A stretch of 62,786 nucleotides of DNA, the filler included. It is 7 parts of 7 records of this genome, joined end to end, with 100 filler letters (N's around TTAATTAATTAA, not from the genome) between each part and the next. Parts side by side here need not be neighbours in the genome. Positions count along the whole stretch, not along the records: positions 1 to 16,914 come from SRR31147125_3345; 6 more parts are not named here. One strand, given 5' to 3'. Numbering within the stretch: position 1 is the first letter of the stretch; each line of letters opens with the position of its first letter. Below, one piece after another: positions 1-10,875 of the stretch. The notes below the pieces were generated by a model. The model was given only the letters and a program-made list of their open reading frames with translations, did not search any database and was not told where the DNA came from. The position numbers were made by a program, and so were the translations under genes.

Positions 1-329
1 CTATCATTGTTCCTTTTAAACTGGTTAATCAAATCGGCCAAACACTCAAGTTCACATTACCAACAGCACCGGAATTGGGCGAGTTTCACTGCCATCTTTA
101 TGAGCTATTTCAGGGTAATGTTTATAATGTTGATAGACATAATCCTATTTTATGGGATAAAACCACTAGCAAAAATTATAACAAATACACCTCAATGGGT
201 CTAAACCTTTCATGATACAACTATTTTTACCCTGATTCATAAAGTATGGAATAAATGTGCCTTGAATGAGAGTATTCTATCCATATAAGAGCGTTACTTT
301 TTAACAACATATTTTTAGGGACCATTTAT

Positions 330-3300
330 ATGAAATTTGTTAGAATATCGCCATTGTATTGTAATTTTTCATCAATAGCTCTATTACTGAGCTTGATATT
401 TTTTGTCAATACGATTGCGTTTGCACAAGTTAGTATTATATCCCCCGCAAATTATTCCACTGCTTACCTTAATCAGGGAGATCCTTACTATATTGATCGT
501 GATTTTACGGTTACCACTATTCCATCTGAGCTTGAAGGATTGTTATGGATAAAAACTGGCAATAATGATAAAAATAATTCGGATGAACAGTTCCTTAAAT
601 TCACACTAGACCAAAATGCTGTTGTTTATATCGCCTATGATGCACGTATTCAAATTAAACCTGCCTGGTTGATTTCAACCTTTTCGCAAACAGGGCATGT
701 TATTGGCATTTCCGATCAGGATGCCAATTTTCTTTCCATTTGGTCCGCACAATTTACGTCTGGTACGCATACACTGGGTGGTAATGTACCAGCTGGTGAA
801 GATGCGAGTGATATCTGTAATTATGTCGTCTTGATAAAAAGTACCCATGAAAATCCTGATGAAACACCAACTCAGCTTCCTTTTGAGCTTATCACGCCGC
901 TTGACTATACCATAACCAACCTGGATGAAGGCGATGAATATTACATTGATCGCAGTTTTACATTAACACATATTCCGTCCGAGTTAGCCAATTTTTATTG
1001 GATCAAAACAAGTAATGATGATAAAAATAGTACCGATGAAAATTTAATTAAGATAAATTCAACTGTTTCAACCACTTTATATATTGCCTATGATGATCGG
1101 GCCCTGAGCAAACCGGACTGGTTAACAACTCATTTCACCAGAACAGGAATTAATATCAACATATCAGACACATTTACAGACAATCTTGTCCTTTGGGAGA
1201 AAAAATTCCCGGCCGGAAACATTATTCTTGGAGGCAATGCATGTAATGGCGCGTTGTTTGAGGAGGATAAAATTAGTAATTATGTTGTCCTGATAAAAGA
1301 ATCCAACATGCCGCTGACCATCATTCAGGAATCCTTATCTAATGGAGTATTAAATCAGGCATACTCGGCATCTTTACATATTATTGGAGGGCAACCTCCT
1401 TATACCTGGACAATAGCTTCAAATTCATTACCCAATGGATTATCACTGGATGCTCAGACTGGTGTTATCTCCGGCACACCCGTTGAAGCTGGATCATTTT
1501 CCTTTACTGTTAACGTGACAGATAATGAAAACAGTGAAATCAATCAGGACTTTTCTATTTCTGTATCAGGCACAACTCCACCCATATCACCCAAATGGGT
1601 TTTTGAACCATGGGTTTGGGAGGATAATGTGAATACTCAGGAATCCACATGGAATCTGGTCACAGGATACCTGGACAGAGATATTCCGGTAGGAGCCGTC
1701 ATCATTGACAGCCCCTGGGAAAACCCTCAGGATGTTGGTTATAACACTTTTGAATTTGATCCTTCCCTTTATCCTAATCCCCAGCAGCTCATTGACGAAC
1801 TGAATGCAAAGGATGTTCATGTAATCCTTTGGATGACAGGAGTCATAGTTACCGAATCACCAAATTATGATTTCGCGTGCCAGAATGGTTATTTTGTCCG
1901 CAAGGTCGGTGAAGACAACACATGCCCCACAACTTATTTTTGGAAAGGAAATAATGTAGCCAGCCATGTAGATTTTTTCAATCCCGATGCTCTGGCATGG
2001 TGGCAATCCCTGATGGATCCAATTCTGGACATGGGCATTGATGGCTGGAAAGTCGACCAAAGCGATTACTTTTTAGGTCAACTGGGTGAAACCATACAAT
2101 CTTTTGCCGGCATAAAAACAAAAGAAGAATACACAGAAATGTACTATCGAAGCATGTTTAATTATACAATAAATAAAAGAGGTGACGATCTTGGTATGAT
2201 CACAGCACGCCCATTTAATTCACAAAGCAATACGCCTCCACCCCACTTTTATGCACCCATAGATGCCAATCCGGCTGGTTGGGTAGGCGACCAGAATCAC
2301 GATTGGAATGGATTAAGGGAAGCTCTCACAGATATCTTTATTTCATCAGCTGCAGGTTATGCGGCAGTTGGTTCCGACATTGGTGGCTACACCGGCAATA
2401 TGCAAGTCAGTAAACAATTACTGTTACGATGGGGGCAACTTGGCGCCATGGTCCCAATCATGGAAAATGGTGGTTTGAAAGAACATCGGCCATGGAAATT
2501 TGATCAGGAGACCGTGGATATTTATCGTTACTATGCAAAACTTCATCATCAACTTGTGCCGTATTTGTATAGCTATGATATAGAGGCTCATCGCAGCGGC
2601 ATTTCAATCGTTAGACCAATTGGTAGTGGCAATGAAAACGATATCAGTAACTGGCAGGATGATTGGCGATACTTTTTAGGTGAAAACCTTTTTATTGCCG
2701 CCATTTTTAATGATCAAAATTCACGATCCATACGATTTCCTGATGGAACCTGGATAGATTATTGGGATGATGATACTGCTTATCAGGGTGGAGAAACCAT
2801 TAATTACACCGTGCCTCTTGCCCATTACCCCATATTTATCCGCGCCGGTTCGATTATTCCGATGAATGTCCATAATTCCATCACAGGGCATGGTTCTCAG
2901 GCATCTGAGGGATTACAAACAGTGCTTGTTTACCCGCATGGAACATCTGAATATACCTTTCATCAAGACGAACAGAATACGATTCTCTTTTCATGCTCAA
3001 AAGACATTGACCAAACAACCATATCTGTATCTGCCAGTACCGAAGCCTATATATTCAGAATAAAATATTCAGCCATTCCGGAAACTGTCAAACTTGACGG
3101 TATGGATTTATCCAATAAATCCACATTTTCTCAACTTGAATCAGCAGACTCGGGTTGGTACTATGATTCAGAAAAAAAATATGTGTGGATAAAATATAAT
3201 ACCACTGGTTCGGCTGCCACCGTAAAAATATCAGACATGGTTGTACCCGTTGAACTGGATCATTTTTCTGTCAATAGCCGTGGTAATTCAATAACTCTCT

Positions 3301-3845
3301 TTTGGTCCACAGCTTCAGAAACCAATAATTATGGTTTTACAATAGAACGAAAAAAAACAAAAAATTTAGATGAAAAAGGATGGATAAAAATAGGATTCGT
3401 CAAGGGGCATGGAACAACAGCTCAAACTCATAACTATCAGCTGGTTGATGACTCTGTTCCGCCTGGCCACTATATCTATCGTCTTAAACAAATTGATTTT
3501 GACGGCACTGTTCACCTGTCTGTTGAAATTGAAGCTGAAATAGCAATACCAGATGAGTATATTTTGGAACAAAATCACCCAAATCCCTTTAATTCCAGCA
3601 CGGTTATTCGATATAGAATTCCACGAGAATCCTGGGTGAATATCAGCGTCTATAATCTTCTCTCACAAAAATTAAAAACACTTGTTGATGAGCAAAAAGG
3701 GGCAGGAGATTATTCCATTCATTGGGATGGATATGACGTTTCTGCAAACGAAGTACCAAATGGCGTCTATTTTTACCGCCTTGAAGCGGTTGATAATAAT
3801 CAAAACCGATATGGTGCCACTCAAAAAATGTTGATTGTCAAATAG
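330..3845 (+). CDS. Secreted multidomain GH31 glycoside hydrolase: signal peptide, two ~140-aa repeats, putative Ig domain, GH31 catalytic domain, T9SS-A/FlgD-Ig-like C-terminal domain
   Basis: GH31 motifs DIPVGAVIIDSPW, GIDGWKVD (nucleophile), WVGD (acid/base), GSDIGGY, RWGQLG, PYLYS. Ig motif GGQPPYTW..LPNGLSLD..TGVISGTP. C-terminal PVEL..F..W.TASETNNYGF.IER and LEQNHPNPFNSST. Confidence 0.9.
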   Translation: MKFVRISPLYCNFSSIALLLSLIFFVNTIAFAQVSIISPANYSTAYLNQGDPYYIDRDFTVTTIPSELEGLLWIKTGNNDKNNSDEQFLKFTLDQNAVVYIAYDARIQIKPAWLISTFSQTGHVIGISDQDANFLSIWSAQFTSGTHTLGGNVPAGEDASDICNYVVLIKSTHENPDETPTQLPFELITPLDYTITNLDEGDEYYIDRSFTLTHIPSELANFYWIKTSNDDKNSTDENLIKINSTVSTTLYIAYDDRALSKPDWLTTHFTRTGININISDTFTDNLVLWEKKFPAGNIILGGNACNGALFEEDKISNYVVLIKESNMPLTIIQESLSNGVLNQAYSASLHIIGGQPPYTWTIASNSLPNGLSLDAQTGVISGTPVEAGSFSFTVNVTDNENSEINQDFSISVSGTTPPISPKWVFEPWVWEDNVNTQESTWNLVTGYLDRDIPVGAVIIDSPWENPQDVGYNTFEFDPSLYPNPQQLIDELNAKDVHVILWMTGVIVTESPNYDFACQNGYFVRKVGEDNTCPTTYFWKGNNVASHVDFFNPDALAWWQSLMDPILDMGIDGWKVDQSDYFLGQLGETIQSFAGIKTKEEYTEMYYRSMFNYTINKRGDDLGMITARPFNSQSNTPPPHFYAPIDANPAGWVGDQNHDWNGLREALTDIFISSAAGYAAVGSDIGGYTGNMQVSKQLLLRWGQLGAMVPIMENGGLKEHRPWKFDQETVDIYRYYAKLHHQLVPYLYSYDIEAHRSGISIVRPIGSGNENDISNWQDDWRYFLGENLFIAAIFNDQNSRSIRFPDGTWIDYWDDDTAYQGGETINYTVPLAHYPIFIRAGSIIPMNVHNSITGHGSQASEGLQTVLVYPHGTSEYTFHQDEQNTILFSCSKDIDQTTISVSASTEAYIFRIKYSAIPETVKLDGMDLSNKSTFSQLESADSGWYYDSEKKYVWIKYNTTGSAATVKISDMVVPVELDHFSVNSRGNSITLFWSTASETNNYGFTIERKKTKNLDEKGWIKIGFVKGHGTTAQTHNYQLVDDSVPPGHYIYRLKQIDFDGTVHLSVEIEAEIAIPDEYILEQNHPNPFNSSTVIRYRIPRESWVNISVYNLLSQKLKTLVDEQKGAGDYSIHWDGYDVSANEVPNGVYFYRLEAVDNNQNRYGATQKMLIVK

Positions 3846-3972
3846 AGAGCAATGAATATTAATTCCAAATCGCTACAACATAACGACTATTAATAAAAAC
3901 AATAAAATATGCCTATACAATAAGATTGCATTCAGCATATGGCTATGCTTACACAATAATAGCAATTTGATG

Positions 3973-4395
3973 TTACAACAAGACCGTTTTTACATAATGT
4001 AATACATAGAACAACACGACAGCTCCGACAATAAATGAACTTATATCCTGAATACGATCCCATATCATACGAATCTTTAAATCCTGATTGAAATATTGTT
4101 CAATCTCTCGTATTGTACCGGCCAAAAGCCCCATGATCGCTGCTCCCCAATACGAAAATGAGAGAAGTATGGGTAATAATAATAAAGCTCCATATAATGC
4201 ATGTAAAAACTGATCTAATACATTTGCCCACCCTTTCCGTTTTGGACGCCAGGGGCGTCTGCGCGCCGCCGCTTTGAGTATTTTATGAAATTCAGGATCT
4301 TCAATATCTTTGAGAATCTCCAATACTTTATCAACATTCTCATTTCTAGCCTTATTGTAGAATAATGGATGTGTTATGAGCATGGGCCTCCGCAT
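3973..4395 (-). CDS. Hypothetical small membrane protein (VanZ-like pattern)
   Basis: 140-aa ORF with hydrophobic helices and a DQFLH...RE..Q...D..QD...G pattern. The family call is weak. Confidence 0.55.
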   Translation of the reverse strand: MRRPMLITHPLFYNKARNENVDKVLEILKDIEDPEFHKILKAAARRRPWRPKRKGWANVLDQFLHALYGALLLLPILLSFSYWGAAIMGLLAGTIREIEQYFNQDLKIRMIWDRIQDISSFIVGAVVLFYVLHYVKTVLL

Positions 4396-4798
4396 CTCTA
4401 GATTAATATGTTATACGATAATTCCTGCCAATCATTATTCATTCTTAAACAATGGATTTTAAAAAATATTTCTGGAAAAAAGCTTTAATCTATATTCTAT
4501 ACAACACGAATACACCGCACATATTCAATTTAAAATCAACATCTTACCGCCACAACGGAAATAATACCATTAAAAACAATAACATAATTTGCTTGACCCA
4601 TTTAGATTTATCAACATTCCCTTATATAATACATAGCTTTTGATACAGCCCCGATTTTTTTTAATCTGTTTTGCTACCATGCCATTGTAAATTTAATCAA
4701 GTTTATTTTCCAGGAAATCCCATGCATTACGGGATATCTTGATGTATTTAAGAAAATTATAAAATACTATATTCGCTTCCTGTTAATGAATTTTTCAT

Positions 4799-6598
4799 TT
4801 AACTCTGCTGAATGACGTCAATCTGCCAGGGTCCTTTGCTATCGGAACGAAACTGTAATGTGGCTTTTATATCGATGTTTCCCTTTTTAATATCAATATC
4901 CTCAAAGGAGACGATCTTTTGACCCTTTTTAATGGATTTTGTTACGTTATAATCACCCACTTTTAAAATAATTTTGCCATCAGTCTCAATATTACGCATT
5001 CGCACCTTTAAATCATACGTTCCATCACTCGCCGCATACAACATCCAGAAACCATTTGAATTATCCGCCCACGGTCGCCCCTTCAGATGGCGCCAGTCCT
5101 GGCGTGTCAGCGTAACCGGATTTTCATAAGGCGTGCCAATAAATATTCTCGGTGGTGCATAATTATCCGGCCTGGTATGGCTTACATCTTTAAACCACTC
5201 TTCGTAGGCTGCCTTTAGCTCATTTAGCTTATCAGGCCGTTCCTGTTCTAAATTTTTCAGCTCATATGGATCGTGTTCCATATCAAACAATTCAAAATTG
5301 GGTTCCCCGGTAAAAGATTCTGTATGAAAACCACTGGCATGCACTAATTTCCATTTTTGGTTTCGTATCGAAAAATTATGATAAAGTACAGGCTCATCAC
5401 CACGATGCGATTGAATGACAATATAGCGATCCTGCCATTTTGTGTTTCCGGTCGTCAAGAGTGGTAAAAAGCTGCGGCCATCGAGCTTTACATTTTCAGG
5501 ACCGGGAAGGTTACATGCATCCAATACCGTGGGCAGTATATCGATGTGTGCGACAACACGATCGCTGCTGGTGCCTGCTTTAATATGTTTTGGCCAGTAC
5601 ATATACAGTGGTGAGTGAGTACCGCCTTCATAAACCGTCGTTTTCATTCCTTTGTATCCGGCAACATATCTTCTGCCGTTCGGACCATTATCCACCATAA
5701 ACACGAGCAGTGTATTTTCCAGGATCCCTCGTTTTTCAAGTCTCTCAAAGAGTTTGCCTATATTTTCATCAATATTGGTAATCATCGCATATATCCGTGC
5801 GAGTCTGTCTGTATCCTGCTCTTTGACCAGTTTGTGTCCAACCTTTTGTGGAAACTGATCATTTTTCAGGTTCCTGTTTTTATATTCCTCATATAAACCC
5901 TGCGGTACATCGTGAAAAGGAGAATGAGGTGCATTTGTTGGAATATAAGCAAAAAAGTTACGATTATTTTTATGTGCCTTTTCAATCCACTCCAGCGCCC
6001 TGTTGAAATAGATATCCGTACAATACCCTTTTTCCTGTACTTGTTCACCGTCATGAAAAAGTATGGGATCTGTATATTTTCCCTCACCTCCGGGAGGATC
6101 AGAAGGTTGGCCGATCCCGCCTCCCCGATGAACCAGTACCTCATCAAAACCCTGTTCCTGTGGTCGCAGGGGATAACTATCGCCCAGGTGCCATTTGCCA
6201 AATATTCCGGTAGTATAACCGGCATCTTTTAACATTTCTGCCAGAGTTACTTCTTGCGTATCCATCATAGCACGACCTACGAATGTATCAATACATCTTG
6301 TGCGATAATTGTATCGACCCGTCATTAAACACGAACGTGTCGGAGCACATACAGGTTGGACATAATAATTTGTCATCTGGCCGCTTTTTTTCGCCAAAAC
6401 ATCCATATTGGGTGTGCGTATGACTGGATTTCCGGCTACTCCAAAATCACCATACCCCTGATCATCTGTAATAATCAAAATCACATTAGGGCGACTTTTC
6501 TTATTTTCGGCACAAGATAAAAGAGTGCCTCCCACTAAACTGGTAGCACAACAAGCAAAACATTTTTTTAGAAATGCGCGCCGTGTGTTCATGGCCAA
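4799..6598 (-). CDS. Arylsulfatase (S1 family) with Tat/lipoprotein signal
   Basis: RRAFLK Tat motif, LLSC lipobox, PNVILIITDDQG, CAPTR (CxPxR), GKWHLG. Confidence 0.93.
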   Translation of the reverse strand: MAMNTRRAFLKKCFACCATSLVGGTLLSCAENKKSRPNVILIITDDQGYGDFGVAGNPVIRTPNMDVLAKKSGQMTNYYVQPVCAPTRSCLMTGRYNYRTRCIDTFVGRAMMDTQEVTLAEMLKDAGYTTGIFGKWHLGDSYPLRPQEQGFDEVLVHRGGGIGQPSDPPGGEGKYTDPILFHDGEQVQEKGYCTDIYFNRALEWIEKAHKNNRNFFAYIPTNAPHSPFHDVPQGLYEEYKNRNLKNDQFPQKVGHKLVKEQDTDRLARIYAMITNIDENIGKLFERLEKRGILENTLLVFMVDNGPNGRRYVAGYKGMKTTVYEGGTHSPLYMYWPKHIKAGTSSDRVVAHIDILPTVLDACNLPGPENVKLDGRSFLPLLTTGNTKWQDRYIVIQSHRGDEPVLYHNFSIRNQKWKLVHASGFHTESFTGEPNFELFDMEHDPYELKNLEQERPDKLNELKAAYEEWFKDVSHTRPDNYAPPRIFIGTPYENPVTLTRQDWRHLKGRPWADNSNGFWMLYAASDGTYDLKVRMRNIETDGKIILKVGDYNVTKSIKKGQKIVSFEDIDIKKGNIDIKATLQFRSDSKGPWQIDVIQQS

Positions 6599-7110
6599 TC
6601 TCCATATTTTTTATTATTTACTTTTAGGTATGTATTTTACTTTTTCAATCAAACAAAAAGTAACCATCTTTTGTCAGAGGAAAGCGTGGATCTGTTTACA
6701 ATTGTCCAACCCGCATTATACATCTTTGCTGAAATCATCCCGTGCTCAATCAATATAATGGATAACATCAATTGTGTCAAGAATTAAAGAGAATATCTCA
6801 AATAACACAAGATCACCAAGCCACTGATAAAAAATTTATCGGGAGTCAATTACAAAAACATTTGAAGAAGAAACTAAAAAAAGGATACAGATATATGGCC
6901 TAACCAAAGAACAAGCAAAGCCTGATTAATTATCTAATTTTATTATCAATAGGAAACTAACAAATTAAAAGTCACAATGACTTTTGCTTTTGGATGGGCA
7001 ATATAAAAGAAAGGAAAAATGAAATGTACAGCCACTAGCACCAAAACTCTGATACCTGAAGCTAATGACTAATTTACAAGATATTGATAAAAGGTAAGAT
7101 ATGCATATAA

Positions 7111-7151
7111 TCCCTTTTTTCATTTTTATATAAAAAATGAAAAAAGAGGGA
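7111..7151 (-). terminator. AT-rich inverted repeat downstream of the hybrid kinase, probable terminator
   Basis: TCCCTTTTTTCATTTTT-ATAT-AAAAAATGAAAAAAGAGGGA, imperfect hairpin. Confidence 0.45.
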
Positions 7152-7221
7152 TCAGGAATGCAGTCAGAAAACCTTATGAATTATTTTAAAACAAGATGTG
7201 GATATTTTATTTGCGGACCAG

Positions 7222-8701
7222 CTAATTTGCCTCAAAGATGACAGGCAAGTATACTGTAAAGGTGGAACCTTTTCCAGGAACACTTTGTACATCAATAAAA
7301 CCCGCATGGTTTTTTACAATGCGTTCCGCAACAGCTAATCCCAGACCTTTTGCTGCCTGGTTTTCGCTGGTTGTATAAGTGGCTTTAAATATCTTTTCAA
7401 GATTTTGATTTTCAATTCCAACACCCGTGTCCTGTACAGAGATACAAACATATTGACCTACTTTAGCATTCAATTGGGAACCCAGGTCCTCTTTAGTAAC
7501 TTTTTTAACCATAGATTCAATAAAAAGCTCCCCGCCGTCAGCCATAGCATCACGTGCATTAATACAAAGATTCATGATAACCTGTTGCAACTGACCAGCA
7601 TCCCCTTTAATACTAGGCATAGGTTCATAAAGTTTTTTATCGATTTTGATCCATTTTTGAAACGTTCGGGTTATGATATCAAAAGTATCACAAATTAGAT
7701 AATTTATATTAACAGGCAGTATATTACGTTTCTCATCCATAGAAAATGTTCGCAATTGCTTTAAAAGCGTTACTGCCTTATTAGCACTTTTTTCAATCGT
7801 ATCAATGTGTTTATACAAGGGATGATCTTCAGAGAAACTCATTTTTATAAACGAACCATGCCCCAAAATGATACTGAGGACATTACTGAAATCGTGTGCA
7901 AACCCTCTTGTAAGATTATTAATGCTTCCCACTTTTTGTGCCTGGGAATAACTGCTCCTCCAGTTTCTTCGATTCTGTGATATCGCTTAAACACCCTCTG
8001 ATCCCTTCCATCCCTGGCGTATTATTTTCAATCCTGATAAAATTCCCGATTACATAAATTGTTGTACCATCCTGTTTGACAAGCTCGTTACAATATCGCT
8101 CGAGTTTTTGATGTTCGTTCAGTGAATGCATAAAAACTTCATATTCATCTTCATCACCAAAAAGAGATTCAAAACTGGTTTGATTGACTTCGGTCATGGA
8201 TTTGAAACCCAGCATACGCATAAACTTTGTATTACACGATTGGATAAAACCATCAGGTGAAATAATAAAATCACCTGTTAGATCTTGTTCAAACAGACTC
8301 GTACATTGATCTTTATTCACATTGGATGTTTTATTCATTTCATGCTTGAAAAGCGCAATATTAATAGCTGCGATTAGATGACTATTCTCCAGGGGAACTT
8401 TTAAAAAAGTAAATGGACTTTTTAATTTACAAGAGTTATCTTCATTTTCTGATGATAAAAATATTACTGGAATATCATAATTATCCAAAAGTTTTTGTCC
8501 AATCTTATTACCCGCCATTCCTGAATTCACGTATTTATTCAAAATGACCATCTCGGGGCATATTTCACGAATGTGCTGTAAAGCCTTATCATCGACAAAG
8601 GGCATTGTTGTCACAGTGTGACCTAATTTTTCCAAACGTTGTTTCAAGTCGCTCGCTTGATCTTGATCATTTTCGATAACAAGGATAAAAAGTTGTGGCA
8701 T
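7222..8701 (-). CDS. Hybrid receiver-PAS-histidine kinase, split by a frameshift near 7945 (ORFs 7919..8701 and 7222..7932)
   Basis: Receiver and PAS domains end at KKLEEQLF. Removing one C from the CCC run gives QAQKVGSINNLTRGFAHDFSN (H-box), then NLCINARDAM, DTGVGI and GLGL. Confidence 0.85.
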
Positions 8702-9348
8702 CAGACCAATCCATATTTATATTTTAGTTCAAGGTAAAATAACGGAATATGTGTAAATTTTTAAATTGCTCTCATATAGCGAGAACGAAACATTTAACGA
8801 ACACAACAAAGAAAAGGTGGGAAGTTGGGTAGGAAGTTGGTAAGCTTTACAAAAGTTGCAGGATAGAATCTAACATATTATTCCAGCTTCGTTACCGGTA
8901 CACTCGTCGTTTCTCTAAAAAAATAGTTAGATGTAGTTTTTCACTAATGAATACTCTTAAAGACTCCCGAGTTTGATCAGATAGTGAGCCTGTTGCTTGT
9001 TTGATCTCATTGATGTTCGGAAATGTTTTAAAAATTTTTAGAAAAAAAACAATGTGTGTTCAATTTAATACTACAAAAGATTCTCGAAAATGCAGATTTA
9101 TTTTTAAACTTTTTTAAAAAAATAAAAATAATATAAATTATGTTTTCTTTATTCATAGTTACCTGCGTTAACCGCATCATCCGTGGGCTATGCACAAAGA
9201 GGCAAAAAATACAACAACTCTCTTGCTCCTTACCAATAAACAATATGTTGGATTAAGCAAAAAATCATATGATAAATTATGTTCTGTTTTTCTGTGTTCA
9301 ACGTTTAGATATAAATATTAAATCATCCTAATTCTCACTATTTTAAGC

Positions 9349-9732
9349 CTATATCTCATATAGCTCCAGGGGGAGATCGTCAGGATCACGAAAAAAAGTA
9401 AAATTTTTCCCGGTGTTTGCATCTATTCGTATGAATTCGGTTTGAACGCCTTTTTCATTTAAAAACGCAATCGTTTTTAAAAGATTTTCAACTTTGAAAG
9501 CTAAATGCCTTAATCCCATTGCCTCCGGATTGGTTGTTCTCTCCGGACAATCAGGAAACGAGAACAATTCGATTATATCTTGTCCCCCTATATCTAAAGC
9601 CAACTTTTATGAATTCCTTTTTTCTCGATATACTTCCCGAATGATCCTGAATCCAAGTACCTGAGTATAAAATTCTTTGGATTTCTGATAATCAGAACAA
9701 ATCAGGGCCACATGATGTATGCCGTTAATCAT
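9349..9732 (-). pseudogene. VOC/glyoxalase family protein (YaeR/GloA2-like) with an in-frame TAA at 9607-9609
   Basis: Translates MINGIHHVALICSDYQKSKEFYTQVLGFRIIREVYREKRNS*KLALD...IELFSFP...GLRHLAFKV...FFRDPDDLPLELYEI. The ORF track only captures the part after the stop. Confidence 0.8.
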
Positions 9733-10277
9733 GGATAGGACTCTCCATTTCTATATTTTCAACAAAAAAATCATTAGACAAAACACACAAAAGTCTTATT
9801 CAATATATTGTTATTTCTTAATCAAATCAAAATAAATAATCTGTTGCGGCCGAAAAATAGGAAACAGTTATGGTTAAAACGACATTTAATGGTTATAATG
9901 TATTTTACTTTATAAATCAGGAAGGGCTCTTTGTAAGTTGACTTTTAATAAATGATTAAGTAAATTTTAGATTGTATAAAATATATCTCTTTTTTGTCCT
10001 GCTGAAAATCAATAAAATTTGAATTTTTACAGCTGTGATTTGTTATGTGGGTATGGTTATATAAAATTTCTTTTATCAAATGGTACACTGGATAACAATT
10101 AAAAATATTTAAGATTTTTCAGGATGAAAATTATTTTTCATTTTGAAACAACAAACAGTTTATGTCATTTCAAAAGGTTGGCTAACTTTAATATTTTACA
10201 TTGTTAATTAGCGAAATATTAGTGGCATAACTTTTGTCTTTAATTTGTATTACCTATCTGAATACACAGGGATTGAC

Positions 10278-10862
10278 ATGAATGAATTATATCCGGTTTT
10301 CATCAAATTAGCAAACAAAATTTGTATCGTTATCGGTGGCGGAAAAATAGCCACACGAAAGGTTAAAAGTTTGCTTCGAGCTAAAGCGAGAATAACCGTT
10401 ATTAGCCCGGAGATCACTACAGAATTGCAGGATTTAGCAGACAAAAACGAAATCACTTATATAGCTCAGAAATATGATCATTCATTCATTGCTGATGCAT
10501 TTTTGGTGATAGCTGCGACCAACGACGAGCAAGTCAACATTGACATTTTTCAACAAGCAGAAAAAAATAATAGCCTTGTCAACATCGTTGACGTTCCCGA
10601 TTTGTGTAATTTTTATGTGCCGAGTGTCTATCAGCAGGGAGATTTAAAAATTGCCATATCAACCAATGGCAAAGCACCTGCTTTAGCCAGATCACTTCGG
10701 GAAGAATTTGAAAAATTATTACCTTCGGAATTAGCAGAAAAAATCATCGAGCTTGACAATTTACGCCAGGCTCAAAAACGGAGCATGCCTGAGGATCTAA
10801 AATCCAGGGAAAATATGGCTCAAACCCAGGCCCGGAAAGTAGTTCGTTCACTATTTAAATAA
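10278..10862 (+). CDS. sirC: Precorrin-2 dehydrogenase / sirohydrochlorin ferrochelatase (SirC/Met8/CysG-N type)
   Basis: YPVFI..IGGGKIATRK, AATND, VNIVDVPDLCNFYVP, IAISTNGKAPALA. Start moved to the ATG at 10278. Confidence 0.92.
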   Translation: MNELYPVFIKLANKICIVIGGGKIATRKVKSLLRAKARITVISPEITTELQDLADKNEITYIAQKYDHSFIADAFLVIAATNDEQVNIDIFQQAEKNNSLVNIVDVPDLCNFYVPSVYQQGDLKIAISTNGKAPALARSLREEFEKLLPSELAEKIIELDNLRQAQKRSMPEDLKSRENMAQTQARKVVRSLFK

Positions 10863-10875
10863 TCTTTATAATATT

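Noticed and set aside
8815-8860. Short GGAAGTTGG direct repeats upstream of the hybrid kinase
   Set aside because: Only two exact copies with no spacers of CRISPR length and no cas genes. Too weak to call.
9160-9210. GC-richer patch with GGCAAA resembling a c-di-GMP-I riboswitch
   Set aside because: No GAAA-tetraloop stem or downstream GCAAAGC/P2 element could be found.
9607-9609. TAA read-through or an alternative genetic code
   Set aside because: TAA terminates many intact genes on the same contig (sirC, hemC, ahbC, hemB).
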